Below, piece by piece: positions 41,401 to 54,600 of a DNA stretch of 58,261 bases (its first letter is position 1; every line of letters begins with the position of its first letter). The translations under genes and the position numbers were made by a program. The stretch covers positions 4,264,226 through 4,322,486 of the forward strand of contig NC_068981.1 of NCBI RefSeq assembly GCF_001194135.2. Reading direction: 5' to 3'. Below the pieces are notes generated by a model, which saw nothing but the letters and a program-made list of their open reading frames with translations, was not told where the DNA came from and ran no database searches. This DNA comes from Octopus bimaculoides (taxonomy: Eukaryota).

Positions 41401-43481
41401 AGGGTATTTCTAAATTGTCCAGATGTTTCTTCAGATTGGGTGGTATTGAACCCAATGCTTCGATGACAATAGGGGCAACTTTTATATTTGACTCTCGTAG
41501 CTGCCACATCTTGGCGATCCCAATTCTCAGGTCTCCATATTTATTGATCGTTTCTTCTCTTTCTTTCAGGACTGAACCAAGTAAATGATAAAACGTTAAT
41601 ACCAGTAAATATTATGTTGTTGTTGTTGTTGTGTAAAAGTGCTTCTGTGTTATATATTTATGTTATATTATTTGTTTATTATTGGTTTTAAGTTATGTAT
41701 TAGTAACACTGGTAAATTTCCTTTATTTTTCAGTCCTGGAACTCCACATTTGGAATCCAAGAAGTAAGTTGTACAAAAGAAAACCAAAAAAAAAAAAAAA
41801 AAAAAAACCCCAAAAAACAATTAGAAAAATATGTGGATTGAATACTTCTGTGATTGGTTCAAAGGAGAGGTTATTTAGTCCTTTAAGCTTTCTGTCAATT
41901 GACATCTTTTGAATTTATAGACCCCCCTTCTTTTACTTGGGGAGAAAATCATTAAAAAAAAAGGGGGGGGGAGACTGTTCTTGTTGTCGTGAATAGATTT
42001 AATTTATCAGCACAACCTGGTACCTGGGTACTTTTAACAGAGTCCATCCACCCTGTTGTAAGCATTCATGTCAGTAATCCAGTCTGACGGTGAAGTCTTT
42101 TCCTTCTTCCCACCAAAGAGGTCTTAAAGAGTCAGCACAGACTCTGCCCTTCCATCTCTCCCTAAACAGGTACAAAACACATTTTAAAACCTTCAGAATT
42201 AACAATATTTTGTAATGGGATTGAGTTTGGCTCATGGCTCAGTGGTTAGAGTGTCGAGCTTACGATCTTGAGGTTGTCAGTTCGAATCCTGGACTGGGCT
42301 GCATGTTGTGTTCTTAAGCAAGATCCTTTATTTCACGTTGCTCCGGTTCACTCAGCTGTAGAAATGAGTTGCGACGTCACTGGTGCCAAGCTGTATCGGC
42401 CCCTTTGCCTTTCCCTTGGATAACATCAGTGGTGGGGAGAGGGGAGGCCAGTATGCATGGGTTATTGCTCGTCTTTCATAAACAACCTTGCCCGGACTCG
42501 TGCCTTGAAGGGTAACCTTCTAGGTGCAACCCCATGGTCATTCATGACCAAAGGAGGTCTCCGATTGGGTTTGGGAGGTTGGTAACTAAGTAGCCATAAA
42601 GTATGTAGGACTAAATATATCACAGAATTTACTTTTTATTTTGAGTTCAAATCCCATTGGTCTTAGCTTTGCCTTTCAATCTTTATGGGTCAATGAAAAA
42701 GTGTTTGATGGGGTGGGGGAGGGTAAATTCAGTTGTCTGTTCTACTTCTTTGCAGAAATTGTATAACTGATTTGTTTTCAGTCATATATTGTGTGACAAT
42801 ATTTTAGTTTGAATTCATTTGCATGTTACAAAACTAATTACATTTTGATTTAATTACTGTATTTACTCATCCATAAGTCATATTTGTGTATAAATTGCAC
42901 CTGTACCCTTAAATCTTGCTATAAAATTCTTCCCTTCATGGTTTTATCTTTGGTCCATGTATAAATCATACAATGGTTTTATGTTGTATAATAATGTATT
43001 TTCGATTAGTTAGACATTATATGACACTACTTTATGTTGGATTAATTATATATTGTATAATTAATATATTTTTAATTAATTACAGATTATACAACAGTAA
43101 TTTATTTTCAGTTCCTTAAAAGACCACATTTTTTCTGTGAAGAAACTAACCTCTTGAGACCACAGCCCTTTCATCTCAAATTCATTATCAGCTTGCCTGC
43201 TGATAAGGAATTTGCTTAATTAAGCCTTGCTTCCGCCCATCTTTCTACTGTTGTTGATGTAGTAATTTCTTCCTGGTTCATCAAATCTACTACTTTTCAA
43301 CAACTTTGTAAACAAATGGTAAAAATACCTGAAGAAATGGGAGCTAAACATATATGTAATAACTTACAATTACATAATTTCTGGTTGGCTTTCCTTGGAA
43401 AAATATGTAGTACATATTTACCTCCTCCATTCTCTACACCCAATGATATATATGTATAAAATATAGGTGGACTAGATTATA

Positions 43482-43520
<39 letters not shown>

Positions 43521-46500
43521 NNNNNNNNNNNNNNNNNTCATCATCATCATCGTTTAATGTCCACTTTCCATGCTAGCATGGTTTGACTGGGGACTAGTGA
43601 GCCAGATGGCTGCACCAGGCTCCAATTTGATCTGGCAGAGTTTCTACAGCTGGATGCCCTTCCTAACACCAACCACTCCGAGAGTGTAGTGGGTGCTTTT
43701 ACGTGCCACCGGCATGAGGGCCAATCTGGTGGTACTGGCAACGGCTATGCTCAAATGGTGTTTTCCACATACCACCAGCACAAGTGCCAGTCAGTGGCCC
43801 TGGCGATGATCACGCTCAGATGGTGCTCTTAGCACTCCACCAGCATGGATGCCAGTCAGGCGGTGCTGTCATTGAATTCGATTCCGATTTCACTTGTCTC
43901 AACAGGTCTTCACAAGCATAGTTTAGTGTCCAATGAAAGAAGGGTATGCCTAAATGGCTGGTTGCACCACCGGCATAGGCCACAGGTTATGGTCTCATTT
44001 GGCCTGCCGGGTCTTCTCATATATATATGTATTTAATACATTTAGGTGTAAATATTTATAAACAATTGGTATTTAAATTTTTTAATTTTTTAAAATATAT
44101 CCATGCGAAATACAAATACTGGTGATTTTGTTTTATGTAAAATCGATGATGAATTTGAATTTTTGCTTCAGACTGAACTACTTCAGATGGATTGTTCCTG
44201 CAAATGGTTACACCACTCTTAGGGTTCGTTTCTTATCTGAAGAATTGGGAGAATTTAACCAGACATTGACTTTTGAAATCCTTGGCACCAAGAAGCGCTA
44301 TCAAATATTCAATCATGGCCTCTGTGTTTTCCCAAGTATTTGTCAAGATCCAAAGTGAGAAATCATTTTTGCATTTTTTTTTCCTTTCCTATTATTAGAA
44401 ATAACATTGATAATTTATCAGGAGACATAAACATACACAGGAGACATGTGTATAAGGAGACATAAACATACATACATACTTGTATACATTCATACACATA
44501 TATGATGGCTTTATTTCAGTTTTCATCTATCCAATCCAGTTACAGGGCTTTGGTTGGCCTGGGGCTAAAGTAGACGACACTGGTCCAAGGTACTGTACAG
44601 TAGGACTGAACATGAATCCTTGTGGTTGGCAAGCAAATTTCCTACCACACTGCCATGCTTGTACCTCAGCCATTATTCAAGCGCATCTAAACACAATAAA
44701 CTAATCTTGGCCTGTGCTTCTTACATTTCAGGGTCGTTTTTAAGCGACACCGAAAGAAGAGGGAACCTGACGAGATCGTTCATAAAAGATATGTCATGTC
44801 ATCAGAGACCTTTGAATTTGGTCCTCTTCTGGTTGGAAGATATGCTGACAGGTAAGTTTGCTTTCATGGCATTACTTGTATTTGTTTTCATCTTTTGCTA
44901 GACTAATAATTTTACTGCTATCATGCCTCTCAGTGGTATACATTTAGCATGATACACAGGTTGCACTCTCACTCTCTCTTTCACCATCTCTCTCACCACC
45001 TCTCTCCTCTCTCTCACCACCTCTCTCCTCTCTCTCACCACCTCTCTCTCTCCTCTCTCTCTCNNNNNNNNNNNNNNNNNNNNNNNNNNNNNNNNNNNNN
45101 NNNNNNNNNNNNNNNNNNNNNNNNNNNNNNNNNNNNNNNNNNNNNNNNNNNNNNNNNNNNNNNNNNNNNNNNNNNNNNNNNNNNNNNNNNNNNNNNNNNN
45201 NNNNNNNNNNNNNNNNNNNNNNNNNNNNNNNNNNNNNNNNNNNNNNNNNNNNNNNNNNNNNNNNNNNNNNNNNNNNNNNNNNNNNNNNNNNNNNNNNNNN
45301 NNNNNNNNNNNNNNNNNNNNNNNNNNNNNNNNNNNNNNNNNNNNNNNNNNNNNNNNNNNNNNNNNNNNNNNNNNNNNNNNNNNNNNNNNNNNNNNNNNNN
45401 NNNNNNNNNNNNNNNNNNNNNNNNNNNNNNNNNNNNNNNNNNNNNNNNNNNNNNNNNNNNNNNNNNNNNNNNNNNNNNNNNNNNNNNNNNNNNNNNNNNN
45501 NNNNNNNNNNNNNNNNNNNNNNNNNNNNNNNNNNNNNNNNNNNNNNNNNNNNNNNNNNNNNNNNNNNNNNNNNNNNNNNNNNNNNNNNNNNNNNNNNNNN
45601 NNNNNNNNNNNNNNNNNNNNNNNNNNNNNNNNNNNNNNNNNNNNNNNNNNNNNNNNNNNNNNNNNNNNNNNNNNNNNNNNNNNNNNNNNNNNNNNNNNNN
45701 NNNNNNNNNNNNNNNNNNNNNNNNNNNNNNNNNNNNNNNNNNNNNNNNNNNNNNNNNNNNNNNNNNNNNNNNNNNNNNNNNNNNNNNNNNNNNNNNNNNN
45801 NNNNNNNNNNNNNNNNNNNNNNNNNNNNNNNNNNNNNNNNNNNNNNNNNNNNNNNNNNNNNNNNNNNNNNNNNNNNNNNNNNNNNNNNNNNNNNNNNNNN
45901 NNNNNNNNNNNNNNNNNNNNNNNNNNNNNNNNNNNNNNNNNNNNCAAGATTTTGTTGTTAAAAATTATCTGAAATAATTAGTTCTACTTTCACAATACAC
46001 AAAAGATTTTAGCAATTTTTTTATACAGTTCCTAATAATATATAACTATGAAGGTACAATCTGATTTGGCAGAGTTTCTACAGCTGGATGCCCTTCCTAA
46101 CGCCAACCACTCCAAGAATGTAGTGGGTACTTTTACGTGCCACCGGCACGAAGGCCAGTCAGGTGGTACTGGCAATGGCCATGCTCAAAGTGGTGTATTT
46201 TACATGCCACCTGCACAGGAGCCAGTTCGGCAGCACTGGCAACAATCTCACTCGAATGTCTTTACACATGCCATCCAGCACCAGTGCCAGGAAGGCAATG
46301 CTGGGCACAGGTGCCATGATGGTTTCGCTTTCAGATTGGAGCCTGGTGTAGCCATCTGGTTTCACCAGTCCTCAGTCAAATTGTCCAACCCATGCTAGCA
46401 TGGAAAGCGTATGTTAAACGACAATGATGATGATGATATGAAGGTACAATATGGCTTTTCTTAAACATCGAATGGCTATGGGGTCCAGTAGGGTAGAATA

Positions 46501-46809
46501 AAAATCAAAGGGTCCATAGGCCAAATAATGGTTGAGAATTACTGACGAGAAATGATTCTTTGTATATATCTTTTGTGTCTGAACCTCTCTAAATGTATGA
46601 AGAATAAATATGCAAAAAATCTTTTAAGATTTTGCTGAGGTCTAACAAAAATGAAACCTGTCCAAAGATGTCACTCAACTGCCAGAGATCAGATTCAAAG
46701 GATTCTGTTTAATAAATTTTAAATTTATTCAGATTTTGAGGTTGTCTCTCTTGTTTTTCTTGACAATAACTACTCAAGATTATAATTATTTTTTAACCAT
46801 CACCACATG

Positions 46810-46860
<51 letters not shown>

Positions 46861-47299
46861 CTTGTGCTATATATATATATATATATATATGGTATTTTTA
46901 TATAAGCTTAAAGCTTCTGGTGATCACCATGCAATGACTTAGGAAAACAGTCTAATAAAGGGGCATATAAGCCCTTGACAGAAAAATGAAGGCCTTCCTA
47001 TCTGCAGATAGGAAGGCCTCCCACGCGGATAGGAAGGCCGTCTTTTTTCTGTCAAGGGCTTATATGCCCCTTTATTAGACTGTTTTCCTTAGTCATTGCA
47101 TGGTGATCGCCATAAGCATTAAGCTTATATAAAAAATACCATTATTATCATTTATAGGATTGTAAAAATGATGCCGTATAAAAAACTATTTGCATCTAAG
47201 CATATATACACACACACATACACATACCTATTGATATCTATATAGATCAGTGTTACATATATATGCATGTGTATATGTGTGTATGTATGTGTCTTCGTT

Positions 47300-47367
<68 letters not shown>

Positions 47368-48554
47368 GCTATATGTTTATATGTGTGTGTGTGTCATTTC
47401 TTATTTAAATTAGAAATTGTAATTATTCAAACACTATTTTGTTTCATTTCCTTTTTTCCTTCTTCTTCTTTCCCTGAACAGCCTCCATCCAATCAACAAG
47501 TAAGTCATCACCCAGTATTCTTATTTCAATTTTTCTGTCTCTATTTTCTCTGATGGCTGCAGGTTCAAGAGGTTCTCCTTGCAATCCTAAGCTTTCCTGT
47601 TCATTCCCATTGGGCCCTTCCTTGAGTAAGAATCTTCTGGCATAGACTTGAACTTGGGTAGCTGGGAAGTCTGCTGTACCCTTTCGGAAAGACACAACTT
47701 AATCCATCACTTAGTTTGGCTCCCATGGTGACTTTGGCAGAGTCTACACTCTGGCTGAAGGTACCCTGTAAACTGGAGTTGCTTCCCCAACCCATTAATC
47801 TTGGATCCCTGGCCAAAATTTCATGGGGTTCTGCAATTCTGTTTAATTATGAGGTACTGCATTTTAAATTGCATTCAATCATGGGACTTGGTACGGAAGT
47901 CCCTGGGTTTTGAGGAGATTGGAACCACCTTGCAGTCACTGCTGTCCCCAGGTCTACTCTTTGGGGCTACAGGCAGAAGCATTACTTTTCCTGCTGGAAC
48001 CTTAGAACCGATGTTAGATGTCGTCAGCATTGATGACGGATGTGATGAAGGATGTTGGTCAGAGCCAGCTCAGCCTCACCCTGGAGGAATGCAGGTACAA
48101 GTACTGCACTTTTGATTGTTCATGGGGTACCACACTTCTGATTAATCCTGGGGTACAGCGATTTATGATTAATTTAAGTGGTACAGCTCTTCTGAATGGT
48201 TGTCAATATCAAAAAAGGTAAAGGTTACCTTCTTGACTTGTAAGGGCTGGTTTCCATGGCATATAAATTCCCCACCTGGATGAGACACCGCTCCATCATA
48301 GGATTACTCGTTTTTGCCAACTGAGTGGACTGGAGCAATGGGGAGTGAAGTGTTTTGCTGAAGAACACACCACATCGCCCAGTCCAGGAATTGAAACCAC
48401 AATCTTATGATTATGAGTCCAACACCCTAACCACTAAGCCACATGCCTCCACTATGGTTGTCAATATTGCACAAGTGTAATGAGGTAAGTGATGTGAAAT
48501 CAACGGTAGCATTCTGACTTGTTATATGCTGACAATAGTAATGCACTATTGATA

Positions 48555-48626
<72 letters not shown>

Positions 48627-50063
48627 NNNNNNNNNNNNNNNNNNNNNNNNNNNNNNNNNNNNNNNNNNNNNNNNNNNNNNNNNNNNNNNNNNNNNNNNNN
48701 NNNNNNNNNNNNNNNNNNNNNNNNNNNNNNNNNNNNNNNNNNNNNNNNNNNNNNNNNNNNNNNNNNNNNNNNNNNNNNNNNNNNNNNNNNNNNNNNNNNN
48801 NNNNNNNNNNNNNNNNNNNNNNNNNNNNNNNNNNNNNNNNNNNNNNNNNNNNNNNNNNNNNNNNNNNNNNNNNNNNNNNNNNNNNNNNNNNNTATGTGTG
48901 TGTGTATGTAATTTATGTGATTTTTTTTAACTACATGAATATTGATAAGTACTACATACTGGCACTTACCTTACCTTTTGATTGCTCTTTTGTCTACACC
49001 TGGTGCAGGTTGGAAGAACGAATTATTAAGGTTTTAATATGATTTGAATTGGATTAATTTTGTTTTTTAATTTGTACAATATATTTTGACTTTTACATGT
49101 GTGTGTGTGTGTGTGTGTTGTTTCCTTTTATGAGTACATCATTGCACATTGCTTTGGTCTTCTCAGCTGAAATTGAGGGGCAGCTAAGTGCTGGTTGCAT
49201 CCCTGTCATCTCTCCCACATGTCACATCCTCAATGCTTTGCTGGGTCAAGGGTGAGTGTGGCAGCTGAGAATCTTTCAACTTTTAGCATGCTGTAGACAC
49301 ATCATGTCACTGTATGAGTTTTCTTCCCTCTCAATGTGACAGAATGTGCCTGTAGTTACAGGGGAGAAAATTCGGATAGCGCCATGGTGCACCTAAGTGT
49401 GCTAAAGGTTAATATCTTTTAATTTCAATTGTTTAATGAAAGCAGATAAATGCCAAAGTATATTTGTTGCTGTTTTTTGCCTTTTCTAGGTACAAAGAAT
49501 TCCCAGAGAATCTGGAAATCCTAACTATTATGAATACTTCCCCGATAGAAGCAGACATTAGTTTTTGTTTTTTGAAAGACACAAAAGCTGAAACATTTTC
49601 TTTAGATCCTCCAACAATGATTCTGCCCCCACAAAGGTCAAAACATCTTGCTGTGTGGGCTTTCCCTCGTTCCGTGAAATTAATTGAAGATGCAATTGTT
49701 TGCTGTGTGAAAGAAAATCCAGAACCAATTTTATTTAAAATCAGCTGCGAAGCCTTCCGTCCTGATCTTGATTTGGACAGGCGAGTGTTCCAGTTTGATA
49801 AAGTTCTCATATTAAGGTAATCGTAATATTTTTGTTCAAATACCTTTATTTATAAGAAATTGAGTTTCAATTAATTAATTAATCAATAATAATGGTTTCA
49901 AGTTTTGACACAAGGCCAGTAATTTTAAGAAAAGGGTAAGTGCTCAACTGGTGCTTATTTCATCGACTCTGAAAGACTGAAAGGCTAAGTCAACCTTGGT
50001 GGAATTTGGAAAAGTATATGTTAAAGCATCTTGTTAAAAGTAGATGTGATGTGATGTGATGTG

Positions 50064-50128
<65 letters not shown>

Positions 50129-50874
50129 TCTCGTCTCAACATCATTTGATGGTTGTAAGGTAGTGTTACCTTCTTAGAAACATTTTTTCCAATCTTCTGT
50201 GAATCATATCTGACCTAAGAGAAATATGTTAGTTGGAAACAATTGAGGTCTGGTAGCAAAAGGCGATTCTGATTGTAGAAAATCTGCCTCAGACAATTCC
50301 ATCTGAGCCATGCAAGCAGGGAAAAGTGGACATTAAAATGATGTTGTTCAAGGTACACTTATGATTAAAGATGTTCCAGTATCTTGTACACCCAGCCGTT
50401 TCTTAAATTCGCTCACAGACAGTCTTTCATTCAAGTTAACATTATAGACTCTGCTTCTGTCTCTTCTGCCTTCATTCATTGTCTGGATCACATGACAGAC
50501 AGCAAAAGGCTATCTCCTCTTTGAACAACAAAGAAAGCCTTTTATTGCTAATGGAGTCTAACGCCTTCCACTTCTTCAGTCTATTCCTTCTCCAACCTGC
50601 CTCACTTACAATTGTTACTACCTGGTATACAAATCACTGACGACAGAACTTCTAATAATTACCTGTTTAACTTCTGGTACTTTCTGTATTACTCGTAGTA
50701 ATTAGTTACATAACTTCCATTACAAAGAACTTCAGGTAACAGGTAAGAAAAGATGGGAAAGTGTGCCAGGATATGTTACCTCTGTTGATAACAAATGGTT
50801 TCCTTTCCTGTACAAAGAGATGATTGCATGAACTGTATGTAAATGGTGTGACCTGAAATGGAGTTTTGTGTGTA

Positions 50875-50910
<36 letters not shown>

Positions 50911-51607
50911 TATCACTTACACATACATGAGAACACACACATTCACTCACTCTCTCTCTCTCTCTTTCTCTCTCACACATGCACATGTACATACAAAAAA
51001 GATGTATGCATATGTCTTGATGTATGTACGTATACATGACAACACACCCCCTTCACTCACTCTCTCTCATTTTCTCTTCCTCTTTCACTTACTCTCTCCC
51101 CCTCTCTCTCTTTCATACACACATCCATTTCATATACACATACATACATCTTTCATTTTCTCTTCTCTTTCACTTTAAAACAAAAGTAAATAATAACATT
51201 TTTTTACGGAAATTAAGGAACAAAACCAGCTGATTCAGATGACAGTTCTGAGAGTCAAAGCGAAAGATTGCTCCAAAGGAATGCCATTACAAAAATTTTT
51301 TCGAGTGCATTCAATGTATCTCAGCTCCAAAGATTTGTCTGCTATTTCTAGCATTCCCTGCTACCACGTAACAGCTATTTGCAATAAAGGACCCAAAGTA
51401 CCTGTTACATGGTAGTAGGGCATGCAAGAAATAGCAGCTAAATCTTTCCTTTTCTGGGGAAAGGAGCCGTTTACGTGTGATTTTGATGTCACATTCATTG
51501 AAAGCATGCGAAATAATCTGGAAAAGAAAAAAAAAAACCATGAAACAAAACTCCGTTGCTGGGAAACTCAGACTTTCTTGGTAACCCAACGGGTCAGGGG
51601 TAGTCTA

Positions 51608-51664
<57 letters not shown>

Positions 51665-54600
51665 GTTGTTGTTGTTGTTGTTAATGCATAAATAAGAGAA
51701 TATTAAATGTTTATTTTCATTTCATTTATACTTTTTTCTCAGAGAAGAAAAACGTACAATACGCATGCGTAACCGTACAAAATTGCCTGTTGGTTGGAAA
51801 TTGACTGGAATTGAGAATCTAGGAGAAGAGTTTACTGTTTCTTCTACTGGTGGAGTTGTTCCGCCTTTAGGTGAGACCCCTCTATATGCCTACTTTCAAG
51901 CAAGGAAGCCATTAGTAATGGCAAAGAAACAAATAAGATTGGAGGTAAATTTTGGTTATTTACTCAATATTGAAATGTTGGAATCATAAATTGTTCTAAC
52001 CATTGTATTATTTCATGTCTTTCATTTCACCATTCACATCAATGGCTCTGTAAATGGATTGCATCACTGACTTTAGGTGCTATGATTTTTCAAAGAAAAT
52101 AATTGAGATATAAGGAAATTCTGTTTGAAAAGGTTAAGCTCAGATTTGAAAGAAGAAAGTGAAAAAGGTTCTGCCTTGAATTTTACCTCTTTGAATCCAT
52201 AATTACACTTTAGCAGATGCAATTTTGTTTTGCTCTACCTCTAAAGGATAGAACAAAAGCAGGATACTACATGGTTTTGTGTATTTGCCTCACTATTTGG
52301 CAGAAACTTTGTTGATACAGTTCTATATTTCAGAGATGAGGAATTATGTACATTATTTACATTTGACAGATATTTGTCTTCATCTTGTTTGTTGTTAACA
52401 ACGTTTTGGCTGATATACCCTCCAGCCTTCGTCAGGTGTCTTGGGGAAATTTCGAACCTGGGTTCTCATGGTGCCCCCTCAAAATAAGGGTAGGGGAACA
52501 TCGCAAAGCTATGACATGAGGAGATATTGATAAATCGGGTATAGCTGACCAAGTATGGAAAAATGGAGACCACCTCCCCCTGTGGGATGAAGTTAAAATA
52601 ATAGACAGAGAACACCACTGGAAAATACGGAAACTAAAAGAAGCAGCACATATGCTAGGACACAACAACCTCCTAAGCAGACTGAGTGCAGATATGAACA
52701 GCATATGGGAACCGGTATTAAGGAAGGATAGGAGAATATTAGATTTATAAGCCCTAAAATTCACTCCATAATTGCCCACGGGCATATGGTGTAGTGCGGG
52801 CTACTAACCCCAAGAGTCCAAGTTCGATTCCAGGCAGTGACCTGAATGATAATAATAATAATAATAATGACATCAGAAAATACCTTAGGAATGAGAACCC
52901 AGGTTCAAAATTTCCCCAAGACACTTGATGAAGGCTGGAGGGTATATCAGCCGAAATGTGTTAACAACAAACAAGATGAGGACAAATATCTGTCAAATGT
53001 AAATAATGTAGAAACTTTGTTATATTCAACCATAAACACAAAACCATGTGACTGCTTGCTTTTTCTGTCTTCCAAGAATATAATCGAAGTTGTGCTTGCT
53101 ACAACATAACTGAGGTTGAAAAGGTTAAGCAAATTTATTAACGATAACAAAATTTCAGTTGCATTGATAAAGTTGAATAATCCTTTCTCATGTGTTGTTA
53201 CTTTAATAGATCTTTGACATTGATAATACTGTGAAATCTTCATCTGAAATAATCAGCATCTTAGGAGAAGCTTATGATGTTGCAGTTGATATCAACTTTC
53301 CCAAAGCCATGTCGACAGGTAAAAATGTTCTCTTCCACATAAACCTTGCATGATAATATTTAATCTAGGAGCATCTTTGCAATGGCGCTTGAAAAGGCAA
53401 ACACTGGAAAGTAGATATCTGTGGGTGGGACATGTTGGTGAGCGAGTGGGTCTGTGTAGTAGTAGTAGTAGTAGTAGTAGTAATTGCTGCCATTATCTCA
53501 GGTCACCATCGTCATCATTGACTGTCTGTTTTCCATGCTGGCATGGGTCGGACAGTTTGGCATGGAGTTGGCCAGCTGGAGAGCTGCTCGGACTCCATGT
53601 CAGTTTTGGCCATTTTTTCTATGGCTGGACACCCTTCCTAATGCCAACCACTTTACAGAGTGTACTGGGTGCTTTTAATGTGGCATTGGCATGGGCACTT
53701 TTACATGATACCAGCATTGGTGCATTTTACATGGCACCAGCACCCATGAGCCCACAAAGTTTGGATTGCTCAGCTGGGACGTAGGAAACATTCCTGGTTT
53801 GAAGGACAACTGCAATTTTACTTAGCTTCACATGTTTTCTCAAACACTGCAAACCATCAGAGGTTTTGGTCCCTTGTCATCTCCTCTATGCAGTCCAACG
53901 TCTGAAGATCCTTTCTCACCACATCGTCCCTTATCTTCCTGGGTCTACCCCTTCTCTACATTATCATCATCATCATTTTCCATCTTGGCATGGGTGGTTT
54001 CACAAGAACCAGCCAGGCAGAAGCCTGCACCAAACTCCTGTGACTGTTTTGGCAGGATTTTAGAGCTGGATGCCCTTCCTAACACCAACCACTCAGCAGA
54101 GTGGACTTGGTACTTTTACGTGGCACCGGCACAAGTGAGGTCAGTTTTGACAAGGTTTTTACAGCTGGATGGCCTTCTGAACATCAACCACTTTACAGTG
54201 TGGGCTGGGTGCTTTTTAAGTGGCACCTGCACTGACAGGGTCACCAATTACTTGCAAGACAAAAAAGAGATCAGGAATGAAGACAGAAACAGACGCACTA
54301 CCACAAAAGAAATACATGGTTACCCAACGTGAGGGAAGTGCAGGAGAAGGAGAGAGAGGGAGTGAGAGACCACAGAATGGAAATGGTGGCAAAGTGCCAG
54401 GCATACTCACAATGGACAGGGATCAGAATATAAATGGGATGGTTGAGTACAAGAAGAGAGAGATATAGATGGTGGAAAATGCCAGGGCATACCCTTGAGG
54501 TTCAAATGCCATAATATAAATGGCAGGATATTGCAAAGGAAGTGTGATTAAAGAGTGTGGAGGTAGGGAGTGAGTGGCAAAAACCTGGGTATCTATAGAG

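Larger units (their letters stand above)
52322..53010 (+). mobile_element. 5'-truncated Penelope-like element: inverted terminal copy, GIY-YIG C-terminus, tRNA-like module, (AAT)n, hammerhead-bearing terminus
   Basis: 52322-52469 is the reverse complement of the element's 3' end. 52478-52750 translates LKIRVGEHRKAMT*GDIDKSGIADQVWKNGDHLPLWDEVKIIDREHHWKIRKLKEAAHM...NSIWEPVLRKDRRILDL*. Confidence 0.85.

Noticed and set aside
47560-48115. GC-richer block with several overlapping short ORFs, possible nested gene
   Set aside because: No motif or coherent exon structure recognised. Left unassigned.
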